The notes: a model not told the origin generated them from the letters alone. A DNA stretch of 64,000 nucleotides from Waddliaceae bacterium (GCA_018694295.1 JABHNK010000006.1:318-64317); one strand, 5' to 3'; positions 47,041 to 57,254 are shown, counted from the first letter of the stretch. Program-made: numbers and translations.

Positions 47041-50000
47041 ATGACTGCGGTAGGCTATAGGGAACGACCATTTGCAGAACATCAGGACCAGACCGCACAA
47101 GCCGCCGCCGCAGCGCGAGCAGCAGCAGATGCAGCAAGAGCTTCTTTTCCGGGAGGAAGCGCCACGCTGGAACAATTTCAAACTCCGTCGTCACAAAGCC
47201 AGCCATTGCCGCTACCTCGAGGGGTATTAGCGGAAAGATTGATATCAAGGATTTTACCAAGCGGCCCTGATGCCGATATCGACGTGATATCAGCCACCGG
47301 CACTCTACAATTGTATGACACCGAGGCTTTTTCTGAGCCTATTCCTGGAAGCACTAATCCTTCAGAATGTAGTGAGAGTTCCGTGACCTCCGCCAGAGCC
47401 TCTCGACAAACCGAGCCCGTTACTGGAAGCACGAAGTCTCCAGAATGTTTAGCGGGCCTTGAAGAAGCCGAAAGCCTTAGAAGCCGAGTATTTAGAGGAA
47501 TAGGCAATAAAGAAGCAGGCGAATGGCACGTTGTCTTGATGAAATGCGAAATCTCTAAAACACGGAATGATATTTTTGAACTTTATAAAAGAACAAAATA
47601 TTGGGATGTAAAAGAACGCTGTCTGCAAATTCTTATCGAAATAGTAAAGAGCGACCCACTAGAAGATCGTACACTAGATGGTATGGGCGCTTTCATGAAA
47701 AAGATCTATTCTCAGATTGAAAAAAACAAAAGCTCTTTTGAAGAGCTTGTGATATCAGCAGAATACTGCCTTCTTATACAGCTTTTTGCGAATGTCGTTT
47801 TTACCGTCGTACAGGGAGCTGCTCTTAAAAGGTTAGAAAGAATCCCCAAGCAAGAGGAGGAAGAAGATAAGGATTCTGTTGTGTTGGCAGCAGAGAACAT
47901 TGCTTATATGAAAAAAAGCAAAAATGTTGAGATAAGGTACTGGGCATTATATGTTGAAGAGGCAGCGAAGTGTTTTAGCGATATGACTTCTTCAAAAGCC
48001 GACAAAGCTTTGAAGAGAGGACGGGGGATTATACAAGCCGGGGTGATAACGGCGCGTATAGCTACGAAGATATCTGGGGCTGTGGTGTCAGCAGCAGGAG
48101 GAATTGTTGGGGGCGCCGCCGCCGCCGTTGCTGGTAGCGCTAAAGATTTCGTCGCTTTATATGAAGAATTGAAGAAACTGGCAAAACACATCCCAAGAAT
48201 ATCAAACTGGCTTGAAAAACTTCTTATCGTAGATAGAATGGCACGGCTGACATTAGACGATACCGAACCTGATCGTTTCCGTGATCTCGTCGTCATGATA
48301 CAGCAGTATAAACATGAAAAGCACGAGGAAGAGTTTTTTCATGGCATTGTTGTTATCCTCGAAAACACCGCTATTCATGCTTGTAATCAAGAGGTTCGCG
48401 AGAGTGCGATGAAGCTGCTCATTCAATACCGTCGTCATGCGAAACCAAGTATACAACAACAAGTTGTTAGTGCTTTTTCTCGGATGGCACAAGAAAAAGG
48501 AGAGACAGGAACTACAGCGATTATTGTTTTGAAATATCTCGAGGCAGTAGGCGATATCGGTCAGGATTCACTTTCATCTTCTTACGAAGATAGCGCTATA
48601 GAAAGTATTGACTCAGTAAAAGAAGGGGCGTATTACGATAATGTCATAACGTTTCTGGAACATACGCTTCTCGAAATAAAAGACGCAGAAGAATATGGAG
48701 GGTATTCTCGGGGCGCAACATACGCTTTCTCCCGAGAATATAGTAAAATAGAAGCACTTATGAAGTGCGCAGCAGCATTCTTTCCCAAGGCTTTTAACCC
48801 CGATGTATATGGCAACACTATCTTCCATATAGCTGTTAAGAGGCGTGATAAAGACGCCATAAAGATAGTAGCACAGTGTGCTCCCGACGTTATTGATATC
48901 AACGCAAAAGACTATGACGATGAATATACCGCCCTACACTATGCCGTCCTCAGCAAAGATGTCGAGCTTGTACGTACTCTAATCGCAGAAGGAAAGAAAA
49001 AACACCCTCCAATAGATCTTAATGTTAAAGATGTCCGTGGTAATACGCCACTACATCTCGCTGTGAATGGCGATGACTTCAAAATGACAGAGCTTCTTAT
49101 TGCCCACGGCGTCGAACTAAACATCGCCAACAAGGAAAAAGAGAATCCGCTAAATATAGCCATACGTAAAAAACATGCAGAAATAGCACATCTTTTGCAG
49201 ACAGATTGTGACAAAATAAAGCGTGCTTTGAAAGCAGCCGGTCTTAGTGAAGAAAAAAAAGCCGCCTTGAGAAAAAAAATTAAAATGACAGAAAGCTGGG
49301 CGTTGGCAACAGGAGGCGGTTGGCATCATGCTATCGTTTATGAGGCGAATTTTAATAGGTCGGTGTTTAGCGTGGCAGCACAATATATAGAGCTTGGTGA
49401 AGTGCAAAAGCTTATGGGCGCCACTAGAGAACAAGGGTCTGAGAGGTTTACCGATGAGGAGGTTAAGGCGAGGGAAGGGAAAGCTGTCGACCACCGCTGT
49501 GATAAATACGTCATGGCGGCATTGCAAAGATTGTTCTCCAAAGCGGAGTTTGAAAGGATACCAAAGAGAGCCAAGACCCTACAGGCCGTAAGTGATAGGA
49601 TAGGCGTTCCTGAAGAGGTAAAACTTACAATGCTTGATTGCATTGACGTTGTCGAGATCCTGCAAAATCGCTTAAATATACCAGGCTTGAGTGCGCATAT
49701 ATATGCTCTTATAATGCATCATACAGGAGTCGAAGAAGCCGGTGGTCTACAAAAGCTTTTTGGCAATACCGAGCTTATGATGAAAGTTTCGAGCACTGTG
49801 GGTTTAAGAGAACACCTCAAGATTCATGGAGCTGTCGATATCAATGCAAAAAATGATTTTGGTATGACTTCTCTCCATTATGCCGTCCTTGGAGGGTATG
49901 TAGAGAGTGTAAGTATTTTGCTCGAAAATGGTGCAAACATCGATGCGCAGAATATCGAAGGATATACCCCGCTACACCTCGCGGCGATAATACGCAACCC

Positions 50001-52494
50001 AGCTATTATTAAACTGCTTGTCGAAAAAGGTGCCGATGTTAGCGCCAAGAGTATATATAAAGACCTGCCTATCATGCTCTTTAGCAGCCCGACAACCAAC
50101 AGGACTAAGTGCTTGCCGTTTATAACGCTACACCATCAGCAGCTTAAAGGAGAGGCCCCATTTTATACTATAGCGCCTTGTAGTGACGAGGATTCTAAAA
50201 CCGCGGCTTTGTTGATACCATCGGCAGGGGAGCGTGAGCTAGAAGATATGGTTGATGTCGAAAAAAATACCGTGTTACACCACGCTGTGGCATGTGGCGA
50301 TATAAAAACCGTAAAAAGCCTGCTTAAACAACATCCTGGTCTTTTCTGGTGTAAAAATAAGAGGGGAGAGATTCCTCTTGATGTTGCAGTAGCACAAAAA
50401 AAGACCTATCTTGTCGGAGCTGTTATAATGGCACAAGCGGGCAAAAACCTTCTGGGCTTCTCTAGCAAATATGATAGGCGCACTGGAAGAAATCCAACCT
50501 TTGCGAATCTCCTAGCCTCTCTCGATATGGTTGAGCCTTTTAGAATGCTTCACCAAAGCAATCCTTCAATAATACTTTATAAAGATAGATCTCCACGAAA
50601 GTTTTCACCACTACATGTAGCGGCGCGCGAAGGAAGCAGACGTATTGTTTCGTATTATATTAATAAGAACTTAGACACTACAACGTGCGACAGCCATGGC
50701 AATACACCACTTATACACGCAGTATTACGGAAAAAATTTAATGTTTTTAATGATCTTGTTAAAGCCGATAGAGCACGAAGATTAAGAAAAGACGATGATT
50801 GCAGTTCGGTATCGACACAGACGGCGTGGACGGATGAGAGAACGAGCCTCGACACCGAAACGAAAGAACAACTTAAAGACGCACCTCTTCATGAGATACC
50901 AAATAAAGATAGACGTACCGCTATGCATATCGCTGCAACGAAAGGCCTTGATAAATTCGTCGACGTACTTATCAAAGACGGCGCAGACCTCACACGTGAA
51001 GATAGCTATGGCGATACCCCTCTTCATCTTGCAGTGCGATATGGGCACCTATCTACTGCTGTAAAACTCGCAACAGCAGAGCCCAGAGCCATCTTCATTC
51101 CTAATCAAGAAAGAGATCTTATCCATACAGCGGCGATGTTTGGACACGATGAGATTTTCGCTTTTCTCCTAGGGGAATCAGTCATTGTTGAGTGCAAAAA
51201 GTACGATATAACCACTATCATCAACAGTGTAGAGGATTTTAAAGGTAAAAAAATCGTTAATATCAATGCTCGTGATAGCTTTAGAAGGACGCCACTTATG
51301 CTAGCAGCACAAGAAGGGAAGCTCAATATCGTGGAGACATGTAAAAAGTATGGTGCAAAGATAGATGCTTTCGACGACTCCGGAGAAAATGCTCTCCACA
51401 AGGCCGTATTTAATAGACATCTTAAAATTGTCATTGCGTTACTTGAGATGGCTAAGGAAGTGGTATATACTACGAGAAAAAGGCTTATACGAAAACCTGA
51501 TGCTGATGGAGAAGGAGTGCTTTTCGAGGCGGCAAAGCTCTGGTCTCATGATCTCGACGAAGATAAAGAAAAAGAACTTGAAGATATATGTGATCTTATT
51601 CTCGAACATGGAGTATCACGTGGAGAATCACGTGGCGCACCTTTATATGACACAGACGACAGTGACGAAAAAACATTTCTTCACCTTTTGGCACACTATG
51701 GTCTCAGCGACCTAATTGAACATATATTAGATAAAAATCTGATGCTTAGAGCGAGATTTCGCGCTGGGGGACAGTCGAAAAAAATTGTAGATATAAAAAA
51801 AAGGACGCTACTTCATAGCGCCGCCGAAGGAGGCGACTATAAAACTGTTGAGCTTTTATGTGAAAGAGGCTTTAGGGCAGACGTTGAAGACATACATGGA
51901 ATAACGCCGCTGATGCTTGCCGTCCGCAAAAAAAAATATGATATAGCGCGGCTGTTACGGGAACATAAAGCACGATTGAAACGTAAAGACGCTGAAGGAG
52001 AGACCGTCTTGCATGAAATTCTTAGAAGGAAGGCGCTTGATGATGAAGACCGACGGTATGCCTTGGAACTTATACATTCGAAACCCAAAATTCTCATAAT
52101 GGCAGATAAGGCAAACCTCTGTGCCCTCCACGTCTTGGCAGAAAATAGCTGCGATCCGATAATGCTTGAAATCTGTCTACGACATATTCCGAATAGATTT
52201 TTAGGAGGAAGAAAATCTCATGTGCGACGAAGAGATGATGGGGAGAAAGGAAGTCTTTCAAGAATGATAAAAAAACGTTCACGACGAAGAGATCATGAAG
52301 CTGAAGAGTCAAGCAAAAGCGCGATGGAAATAGCCGGGGACCGCACTGATTTTCCTGCAGCACAGCTTTTCGAGTGTAGAATAGGGAGAAGTAGAAATAA
52401 AGACTTGGGAGTAGACATAGGAGGCCCTATAAAAACAATCGAAGATTATCGTAGGCTTGCTGCTGCAGCTCCTTTTTTTCACGGCGCCTCTTAA
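47041..52494 (+). CDS. Giant ankyrin-repeat protein 2 (about 1817 aa)
   Basis: I prefer the ATG at 47041, with GAGGAG 7 nt upstream. Its N-terminal region is collinear with protein 1: WDVKERCLQILIE vs LNVKERAIRNIIL; IQQYKH..VVILEN..VRESAMKLLIQY vs VQQYMH..LTILER..IREEAMKLIFQY; EEYGG...FNPDVYGNTIFHIAV vs GEYGG...RKPDVYGNTPYHVVA. Many ANK units follow. Confidence 0.85.
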   Translation: MTAVGYRERPFAEHQDQTAQAAAAARAAADAARASFPGGSATLEQFQTPSSQSQPLPLPRGVLAERLISRILPSGPDADIDVISATGTLQLYDTEAFSEPIPGSTNPSECSESSVTSARASRQTEPVTGSTKSPECLAGLEEAESLRSRVFRGIGNKEAGEWHVVLMKCEISKTRNDIFELYKRTKYWDVKERCLQILIEIVKSDPLEDRTLDGMGAFMKKIYSQIEKNKSSFEELVISAEYCLLIQLFANVVFTVVQGAALKRLERIPKQEEEEDKDSVVLAAENIAYMKKSKNVEIRYWALYVEEAAKCFSDMTSSKADKALKRGRGIIQAGVITARIATKISGAVVSAAGGIVGGAAAAVAGSAKDFVALYEELKKLAKHIPRISNWLEKLLIVDRMARLTLDDTEPDRFRDLVVMIQQYKHEKHEEEFFHGIVVILENTAIHACNQEVRESAMKLLIQYRRHAKPSIQQQVVSAFSRMAQEKGETGTTAIIVLKYLEAVGDIGQDSLSSSYEDSAIESIDSVKEGAYYDNVITFLEHTLLEIKDAEEYGGYSRGATYAFSREYSKIEALMKCAAAFFPKAFNPDVYGNTIFHIAVKRRDKDAIKIVAQCAPDVIDINAKDYDDEYTALHYAVLSKDVELVRTLIAEGKKKHPPIDLNVKDVRGNTPLHLAVNGDDFKMTELLIAHGVELNIANKEKENPLNIAIRKKHAEIAHLLQTDCDKIKRALKAAGLSEEKKAALRKKIKMTESWALATGGGWHHAIVYEANFNRSVFSVAAQYIELGEVQKLMGATREQGSERFTDEEVKAREGKAVDHRCDKYVMAALQRLFSKAEFERIPKRAKTLQAVSDRIGVPEEVKLTMLDCIDVVEILQNRLNIPGLSAHIYALIMHHTGVEEAGGLQKLFGNTELMMKVSSTVGLREHLKIHGAVDINAKNDFGMTSLHYAVLGGYVESVSILLENGANIDAQNIEGYTPLHLAAIIRNPAIIKLLVEKGADVSAKSIYKDLPIMLFSSPTTNRTKCLPFITLHHQQLKGEAPFYTIAPCSDEDSKTAALLIPSAGERELEDMVDVEKNTVLHHAVACGDIKTVKSLLKQHPGLFWCKNKRGEIPLDVAVAQKKTYLVGAVIMAQAGKNLLGFSSKYDRRTGRNPTFANLLASLDMVEPFRMLHQSNPSIILYKDRSPRKFSPLHVAAREGSRRIVSYYINKNLDTTTCDSHGNTPLIHAVLRKKFNVFNDLVKADRARRLRKDDDCSSVSTQTAWTDERTSLDTETKEQLKDAPLHEIPNKDRRTAMHIAATKGLDKFVDVLIKDGADLTREDSYGDTPLHLAVRYGHLSTAVKLATAEPRAIFIPNQERDLIHTAAMFGHDEIFAFLLGESVIVECKKYDITTIINSVEDFKGKKIVNINARDSFRRTPLMLAAQEGKLNIVETCKKYGAKIDAFDDSGENALHKAVFNRHLKIVIALLEMAKEVVYTTRKRLIRKPDADGEGVLFEAAKLWSHDLDEDKEKELEDICDLILEHGVSRGESRGAPLYDTDDSDEKTFLHLLAHYGLSDLIEHILDKNLMLRARFRAGGQSKKIVDIKKRTLLHSAAEGGDYKTVELLCERGFRADVEDIHGITPLMLAVRKKKYDIARLLREHKARLKRKDAEGETVLHEILRRKALDDEDRRYALELIHSKPKILIMADKANLCALHVLAENSCDPIMLEICLRHIPNRFLGGRKSHVRRRDDGEKGSLSRMIKKRSRRRDHEAEESSKSAMEIAGDRTDFPAAQLFECRIGRSRNKDLGVDIGGPIKTIEDYRRLAAAAPFFHGAS

Positions 52495-52665
52495 AACGAC
52501 GCTTTTTAAATTGGGGTCAGACGTGAATTTTGTGAACCTAAAATCAGGATAGCGTTTGTGCAAAATGGTCAAGCTAGAGCATTGAGCATTTCTATTGGGT
52601 AATAAAAAAGCCTATGCAGGTATAATGGCAACAAATTTTGGAATAATAACAAAGTGAGGAATAAC

Positions 52666-53079
52666 ATGAGCGCAATGCAACAATATCGTATAAACACCAC
52701 GCCCTTTTCTGTCGAATATTCTACTAATGACGATGGTACTGTGTCCTGTAGTCTTTTATATCAGAAGACTTTCAAGAGTAAACGCCCACGACTTGATCCT
52801 CCTGAGAAGCCAACTTACATTCCAAGTGCAACATATGATGTTTCTATAGAGGTTTTTGAGGCCATCGAAAGAGTTTCAGGAACTTCTGCTCTTTACCCTT
52901 CAGAGCGCTTTAAACAGTGTGATCATGATATAAGAATTATAATTTTCGAGACTATTCATAAAGTGGATGAAAAAGTAGAAGACGTTGAAAAACGAATAAC
53001 GGAAGTCCTTACAAAATGTTTAGAAGGTGCAATAGGACAATACGACTCTCCTCACCCGCACCTTTTAATTAGCGTATAG
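52666..53079 (+). CDS. Hypothetical protein
   Basis: 137 aa from the ATG at 52666, with GAGGA upstream. No domain recognised. Confidence 0.45.
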   Translation: MSAMQQYRINTTPFSVEYSTNDDGTVSCSLLYQKTFKSKRPRLDPPEKPTYIPSATYDVSIEVFEAIERVSGTSALYPSERFKQCDHDIRIIIFETIHKVDEKVEDVEKRITEVLTKCLEGAIGQYDSPHPHLLISV

Positions 53080-53087
53080 GTTTTTAT

Positions 53088-53122
53088 CTCCGAACTCCGA
53101 ACCCCGAACCCCGAACTCTGAA
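53088..53122. repeat. Heptanucleotide tandem array (CTCCGAA)2-(CCCCGAA)2-CTCTGAA
   Basis: Starts 9 nt after the stop at 53079. It is followed by the hairpin TGCGGC-AAA-GCCGCA and TTT. Confidence 0.9.
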
Positions 53123-53242
53123 CTATGCGGCAAAGCCGCATTTCAATGATTCTAGTATATTCCTTGTACTTTAAACCTTAAGGAGTTACAATCTAAAGTC
53201 AAAAGTCGCAATCATTGACTTAACATACAAAAGGACAAAAAA

Positions 53243-54079
53243 ATGAAAGTAACAGGTACAGTAAGAGACTCTTCTCGACAAGGAACCTTCCCCGAAACAA
53301 GGGAGATTTCCGCTTCTGAACGTCAACAATATAGAGACTCAGTGGTAGTGCTGAATAGAAAGATTATGTCAGCAGAATACATACAAGAAATTATAAGAGA
53401 AAAAGGACTGTTTTGTGGATCAAAACAAAAGCCATCTAGACTCTCTAGTTTATTTTTGACAAGGAAACGTTATCGCTCCTTTAAAAAACAAGTAAGGTTA
53501 CAGTATTTATCCCAAGAGATAGAAGCGCCAGGAGTGCTAGGGGTTTATACCGTCCCTGATTTTGTAGATGTTGCCAATAAAATATTATCAAAACAACCTG
53601 ATTATTATATACCAAGCACTTTTGATCTATTAATGTCCAAGATTTTAAGTGTTAGTATGGCTCTTGATTTAGATAGTCTTTCCGGGATTGAAGAAGACTT
53701 TGCAGATGTAGCGATAAAGCTGGCAAAGCATGGGCAAGCACGCACCGCAGCTGGTAATTTATCTATGTTTTATGCGCTTATTGACATGTCTGTAGCAAAA
53801 AAGAGTTCTGGGAGTTTTCGATTTTCATTTGATGATAGAAACCGGGCGGCCCGAGCTGCGATTTCTTTGGTTGATTCGAAGTTATCATATCCAGAAGGTG
53901 ATAGGCTCTTTGTTATTCTTTTTGGTACGGTAAAAAAGATAGCAGATGAAGACTCTTTTGATGATGAAACGCGTAGATTGGCACGTGAAAAACTGGACGA
54001 CAAAGAACTATGGAAAAAATGCGAAGAAGATTATCTCAAGTTTTTGCTCGATCTGCGCAGTGTGGAGCTCTCTGTGTAA
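53243..54079 (+). CDS. Hypothetical protein whose last codons lie in a family-A arm
   Basis: 278 aa with AAAGGA upstream of the ATG. The C-terminal ...VELSV and the stop are encoded by CTCTCTGTGTAA of repeat A6. Confidence 0.5.
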   Translation: MKVTGTVRDSSRQGTFPETREISASERQQYRDSVVVLNRKIMSAEYIQEIIREKGLFCGSKQKPSRLSSLFLTRKRYRSFKKQVRLQYLSQEIEAPGVLGVYTVPDFVDVANKILSKQPDYYIPSTFDLLMSKILSVSMALDLDSLSGIEEDFADVAIKLAKHGQARTAAGNLSMFYALIDMSVAKKSSGSFRFSFDDRNRAARAAISLVDSKLSYPEGDRLFVILFGTVKKIADEDSFDDETRRLAREKLDDKELWKKCEEDYLKFLLDLRSVELSV

Positions 54080-54118
54080 CTCCGTGATTCCTCCGCGCCC
54101 TCTGTGGTAAAATCCTGG
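54068..54118 (+). repeat. Family-A solo arm A6
   Basis: CTCTCTGTGTAACTCCGTGATTCCTCCGCGCCCTCTGTGGTAAAATCCTGG. Lies between convergent stops at 54079 and 54135. Confidence 0.7.
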
Positions 54119-54134
54119 ATCGGCGTCCCTCCAA

Positions 54135-54824
54135 TCAGTGGCTTACGAAAGCTTGAATTTGCGGTGCTGAAGCTATCTCTTGCGACAGCGCAGATTCTAC
54201 GATCTTGCCGTCTTCCATAAGGTGTACTGTACAGTGAAGTTTTTCGACGAGGGCGGTGTCGTGCGAGGCGACGACAACGATATATCCTTCGGCGGCGAGC
54301 TCTTCGATGGTGGTGGCGATGGTGGCGGTAAGCGAGGGGTCTAGCGCTGATGTCGGTTCGTCCATACATATCACCCGAGGTTTCAGAGCTACAGCACGTG
54401 CTATGGCAAGGCGCTGCTTCTGTCCGCCGGAAAGCTGAGAGGGGATGCACGATGCTTTGTCGGCAAGGCCGTATTTCTCCAGAAGAGCATGGGCGATGGT
54501 GTCGGCATCATTCTTGGGGGTATGTAGTACCTTCTCAAGGGCGAGGGTTATATTCCTTAGCGCCGAAAGGTGGTCGAAGAGATGAAACTGCTGGAAGACC
54601 ATTCCCACAGTATGGTCGTGGAAGGTGTCGACAGCCACGCCGTCGAGCGTTATAACGCCTGCGTCGACGCTCTCTAGGTTGCAGAGAACCCTAAGAAGTG
54701 TAGATTTCCCTGTCCCTGACCCTCCCATCATAAGAGCTATATCGCCTGGAGCGACGGACATGGTGATGTCATCGAGGACGACCTTCTTACCATATGCTTT
54801 AGAAACACCTTTAATTTGTAGCAT
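54135..54824 (-). CDS. glnQ: Amino-acid ABC transporter ATP-binding protein
   Basis: 229 aa with Walker A GGSGTGKST, the signature LSGGQKQR and Walker B VICMDEPTSALD. Polar-amino-acid (GlnQ/ArtP) subtype pattern. Confidence 0.9.
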   Translation of the reverse strand: MLQIKGVSKAYGKKVVLDDITMSVAPGDIALMMGGSGTGKSTLLRVLCNLESVDAGVITLDGVAVDTFHDHTVGMVFQQFHLFDHLSALRNITLALEKVLHTPKNDADTIAHALLEKYGLADKASCIPSQLSGGQKQRLAIARAVALKPRVICMDEPTSALDPSLTATIATTIEELAAEGYIVVVASHDTALVEKLHCTVHLMEDGKIVESALSQEIASAPQIQAFVSH

Positions 54825-54870
54825 TGATCTTTACCTTCTTTCAATTATTAAACTGACCTTACGCACTACC

Positions 54871-55260
54871 GATTTTTTCACCACAGAGTTTCCCATGGAG
54901 TCCTGCCGCCCCTGCAATAAAAAGTAACAAGCCCCAATTTTTTCACCACAGAGCCACAGAGTACACAGAGAGCGCCCACCGCGTAGAGCGCGCGCAGCGG
55001 ACGCACAGCTGTCGCCATTGTCATTGATTGTACTTCCTTTCTTTGTTTTTCCTATAGCAAACGTAAAGATACAATCTTACTTTTACGACAACGGCGAGAG
55101 GGGGCACTGCCGTGTCCGGGTTTATTCAATGTTCAATGTTCAATTATCATTGTTCAATGAAAAAAGGGGGTCTGGGGGAATCCCCCAGCCATGTTTTTTC
55201 CTCTCTGTGTTCTCTGTGGCTCTGTGGTGAAAAATCCTATTCCTAGTCCGAAGTCCAAAC
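54871..55260 (-). repeat. Family-A element, rearranged 390-nt copy A7 inside the transporter operon
   Basis: Two left-arm starts (GATTTTTTCACCACAGAG at 54871; AATTTTTTCACCACAGAGCCACAGAGTACACAGAGAG at 54936-54972), about 150 nt of unrelated GC-rich filler, a GTTCAAT-type array (55124-55158), CTGGGGGAATCCCCCAG (55172-55188), a right arm CTCTCTGTGTTCTCTGTGGCTCTGTGGTGAAAAATCC, then a GTCCGAA-like tail. Confidence 0.8.
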
Positions 55261-55288
55261 TTTTTAGGGAGCTTTACCTTTGTAAGTT

Positions 55289-55960
55289 CTATAATTTATT
55301 GCTAACCTTTAACTTATTCTCAATAGTGAAAACCGCTACCGATAATATCGACGTCACAGCAAGATATAACAACGCCACGGCGAGCAATATGCTAAAAGCG
55401 TCGTACGTCTGGCTTCGTAATACCGACCCCTGCTTCGTAAGCTCCATAACGCCTACAATAGACGCCAAGCTAGAATCCTTGACAAGGGTGCTGAATTCAT
55501 TGCCCAACGCCGGCAAAACAACACGTATCGCCTGAGGGATGACGATATACCTCAACGACTGCATCTTGCTGAAGCCTAGAGTATAGGCAGTTTCTTTTTG
55601 CCCTGGAGGCACAGAGCCAATTCCAGAACGTATTATCTGGCTGACATACGCGCTGCTGTTGAGCCCTATGGCAAGGACAGCAGACCATAAAGGAGAGATG
55701 TCGAGGCCGAACTGTGGCAGCACATAGAAGATAAAGACTATCTGTACAAGCATCGGCGTTCCGCGGATTATAGTGACATATGTCCCTACAAGAAAACCTA
55801 CGAAACCATTACCCTCAGACTGAAGGACTCCCAAGGCCATTCCCAAAATCATCCCAAGAATACACGAGAACGTCGCTATCACTAACGATAACATAAGACC
55901 TTCTAAAAGATTCGGCAACGAAGAATATATCAGAGGAAAGTCAATCATCATAAGCTCCAC
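55289..55960 (-). CDS. glnP: Amino-acid ABC transporter permease
   Basis: 223 aa and polytopic, with the EAA-loop-like TAYTLGFSKMQSLRYIVIPQAIRVVLPALGNEF typical of HisM/GlnP/ArtQ permeases. Confidence 0.85.
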   Translation of the reverse strand: MELMMIDFPLIYSSLPNLLEGLMLSLVIATFSCILGMILGMALGVLQSEGNGFVGFLVGTYVTIIRGTPMLVQIVFIFYVLPQFGLDISPLWSAVLAIGLNSSAYVSQIIRSGIGSVPPGQKETAYTLGFSKMQSLRYIVIPQAIRVVLPALGNEFSTLVKDSSLASIVGVMELTKQGSVLRSQTYDAFSILLAVALLYLAVTSILSVAVFTIENKLKVSNKL

Positions 55961-56697
55961 TTTTCCTTTAACTTGTCAATAGTACCGTCAGTCTCCATGT
56001 CATATAAAACACTGTTGATGTCATGAAGAAGATACGAGCTCTTCTTCGAAACAACAAGAGCATAGTCGTCGCCAGGAGCGTTGAAAGATGACATAGTAAA
56101 ACCACTATTACTATCGTGACTGAAAAACGCCGAAGCCGTACTCTGTGCCGTAAAAAAAACATCAGCACGTCCACTCTTCAACGCCATAAAAGCATCGGCA
56201 GGGGACGGAAGCCTCATAAGAGGGAAATCGACAGTTTTCGAAAGATATAAGTCGGCAGTATAGCCCTCGTTGACGACGACAGTAAGACCCTCAAGATCGT
56301 CAAGAGACGATATAACATCATCGCCATCAGCAATAATAACAACAAGGTCGTCACCAGAAAGATACGGTTCTGTGAATAACACCTTCTTCGCCCTCTCAGC
56401 AGTATACGTTATTCCCGCAGCAATAACGTCAACTTTGCCAACAGCACCAGCAGGGATAAGAGCGTCGAAAGGCATGTCCTTTATCAGCATCGCCCTGCCT
56501 AAACGACGACATACCTCGGAAATAATGTCGATGTCAAAACCAACAATCTCACCATCATCGATATAAGAAAATGGCCTGTACTCAGCATTGGTGCCGATAA
56601 TAAGAGTTTCTTCGTCAACAGCAGGAGGTCCTGCAAAAAATATCGCCGAAATACTAACAAAAAATAATACTATAATACCTAAAATACCCGTCTTCAT
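55948..56697 (-). CDS. artJ: Amino-acid (arginine-type) ABC transporter substrate-binding protein
   Basis: 249 aa with a signal/TM N-terminus and a family-3 SBP pattern (GTNAEYRPFSY...GFDIDI...DVIAAGIT.T.ERAK...F.EPY). Adjacent to argR. Confidence 0.8.
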   Translation of the reverse strand: MKTGILGIIVLFFVSISAIFFAGPPAVDEETLIIGTNAEYRPFSYIDDGEIVGFDIDIISEVCRRLGRAMLIKDMPFDALIPAGAVGKVDVIAAGITYTAERAKKVLFTEPYLSGDDLVVIIADGDDVISSLDDLEGLTVVVNEGYTADLYLSKTVDFPLMRLPSPADAFMALKSGRADVFFTAQSTASAFFSHDSNSGFTMSSFNAPGDDYALVVSKKSSYLLHDINSVLYDMETDGTIDKLKEKWSL

Positions 56698-57155
56698 AAC
56701 ATGTCCTTAAAATACAACGTTTTACATATCTTGCGGTAGGTGGAAGCAATGTCGCCAACAGAAGAAGGCACAACAAAAATCGTGTTCTCTCCAGAAATAT
56801 TCCCCAAAATACTAAGCTCATTATGAGCATCTAAAAAATCACCAACAAAATCAGCAAGACCACATAACGTCTTCACTACTATCATGCTTTCATTATGGGT
56901 GATGTCCGTAATAGCAAGCCTCAATATCTTCTTCGAAACATCCTCGCCAGGAACCTCATAAACCAACTTGCCGTTAATAACACCCTTGACAACACCACAA
57001 TGTGCCAAATCACGCGATACCACAGCCTGCGTTGTGGAAATGCCATGCCGCTCCTTCAATAACGAAACTAAAACACGCTGGTTCTCGACAGAACACGACT
57101 CTATAACATCAAGAATCGCTGCACGACGCTTCTCTGCCTTCCTCCGTGTTCCCAT
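56694..57155 (-). CDS. argR: Arginine repressor
   Basis: 153 aa with a winged-helix N-terminus (QRVLVSLLKERHGISTTQAVVSRDL) and a C-terminal oligomerisation/arginine-binding region (GENTIFVV). It overlaps artJ by 4 nt. Confidence 0.9.
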   Translation of the reverse strand: MGTRRKAEKRRAAILDVIESCSVENQRVLVSLLKERHGISTTQAVVSRDLAHCGVVKGVINGKLVYEVPGEDVSKKILRLAITDITHNESMIVVKTLCGLADFVGDFLDAHNELSILGNISGENTIFVVPSSVGDIASTYRKICKTLYFKDML

Positions 57156-57168
57156 ACCTTCCTCATTT

Positions 57169-57182
57169 TGTATATTTATTCA
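57169..57182. promoter_or_regulatory. Candidate ARG box in the argR leader
   Basis: TGTATATTTATTCA matches the half-palindromic ARG-box core TGAAT-WWWW-ATTCA at 13 of 14 positions. It sits 14 nt upstream of the argR start codon. Confidence 0.4.
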
Positions 57183-57254
57183 TAATAAATGGCATAATAA
57201 TCCAAAAGCTTAATTTAGCGCAAGGAAAAATAGATATTTTTTTCGTCATCGTTC

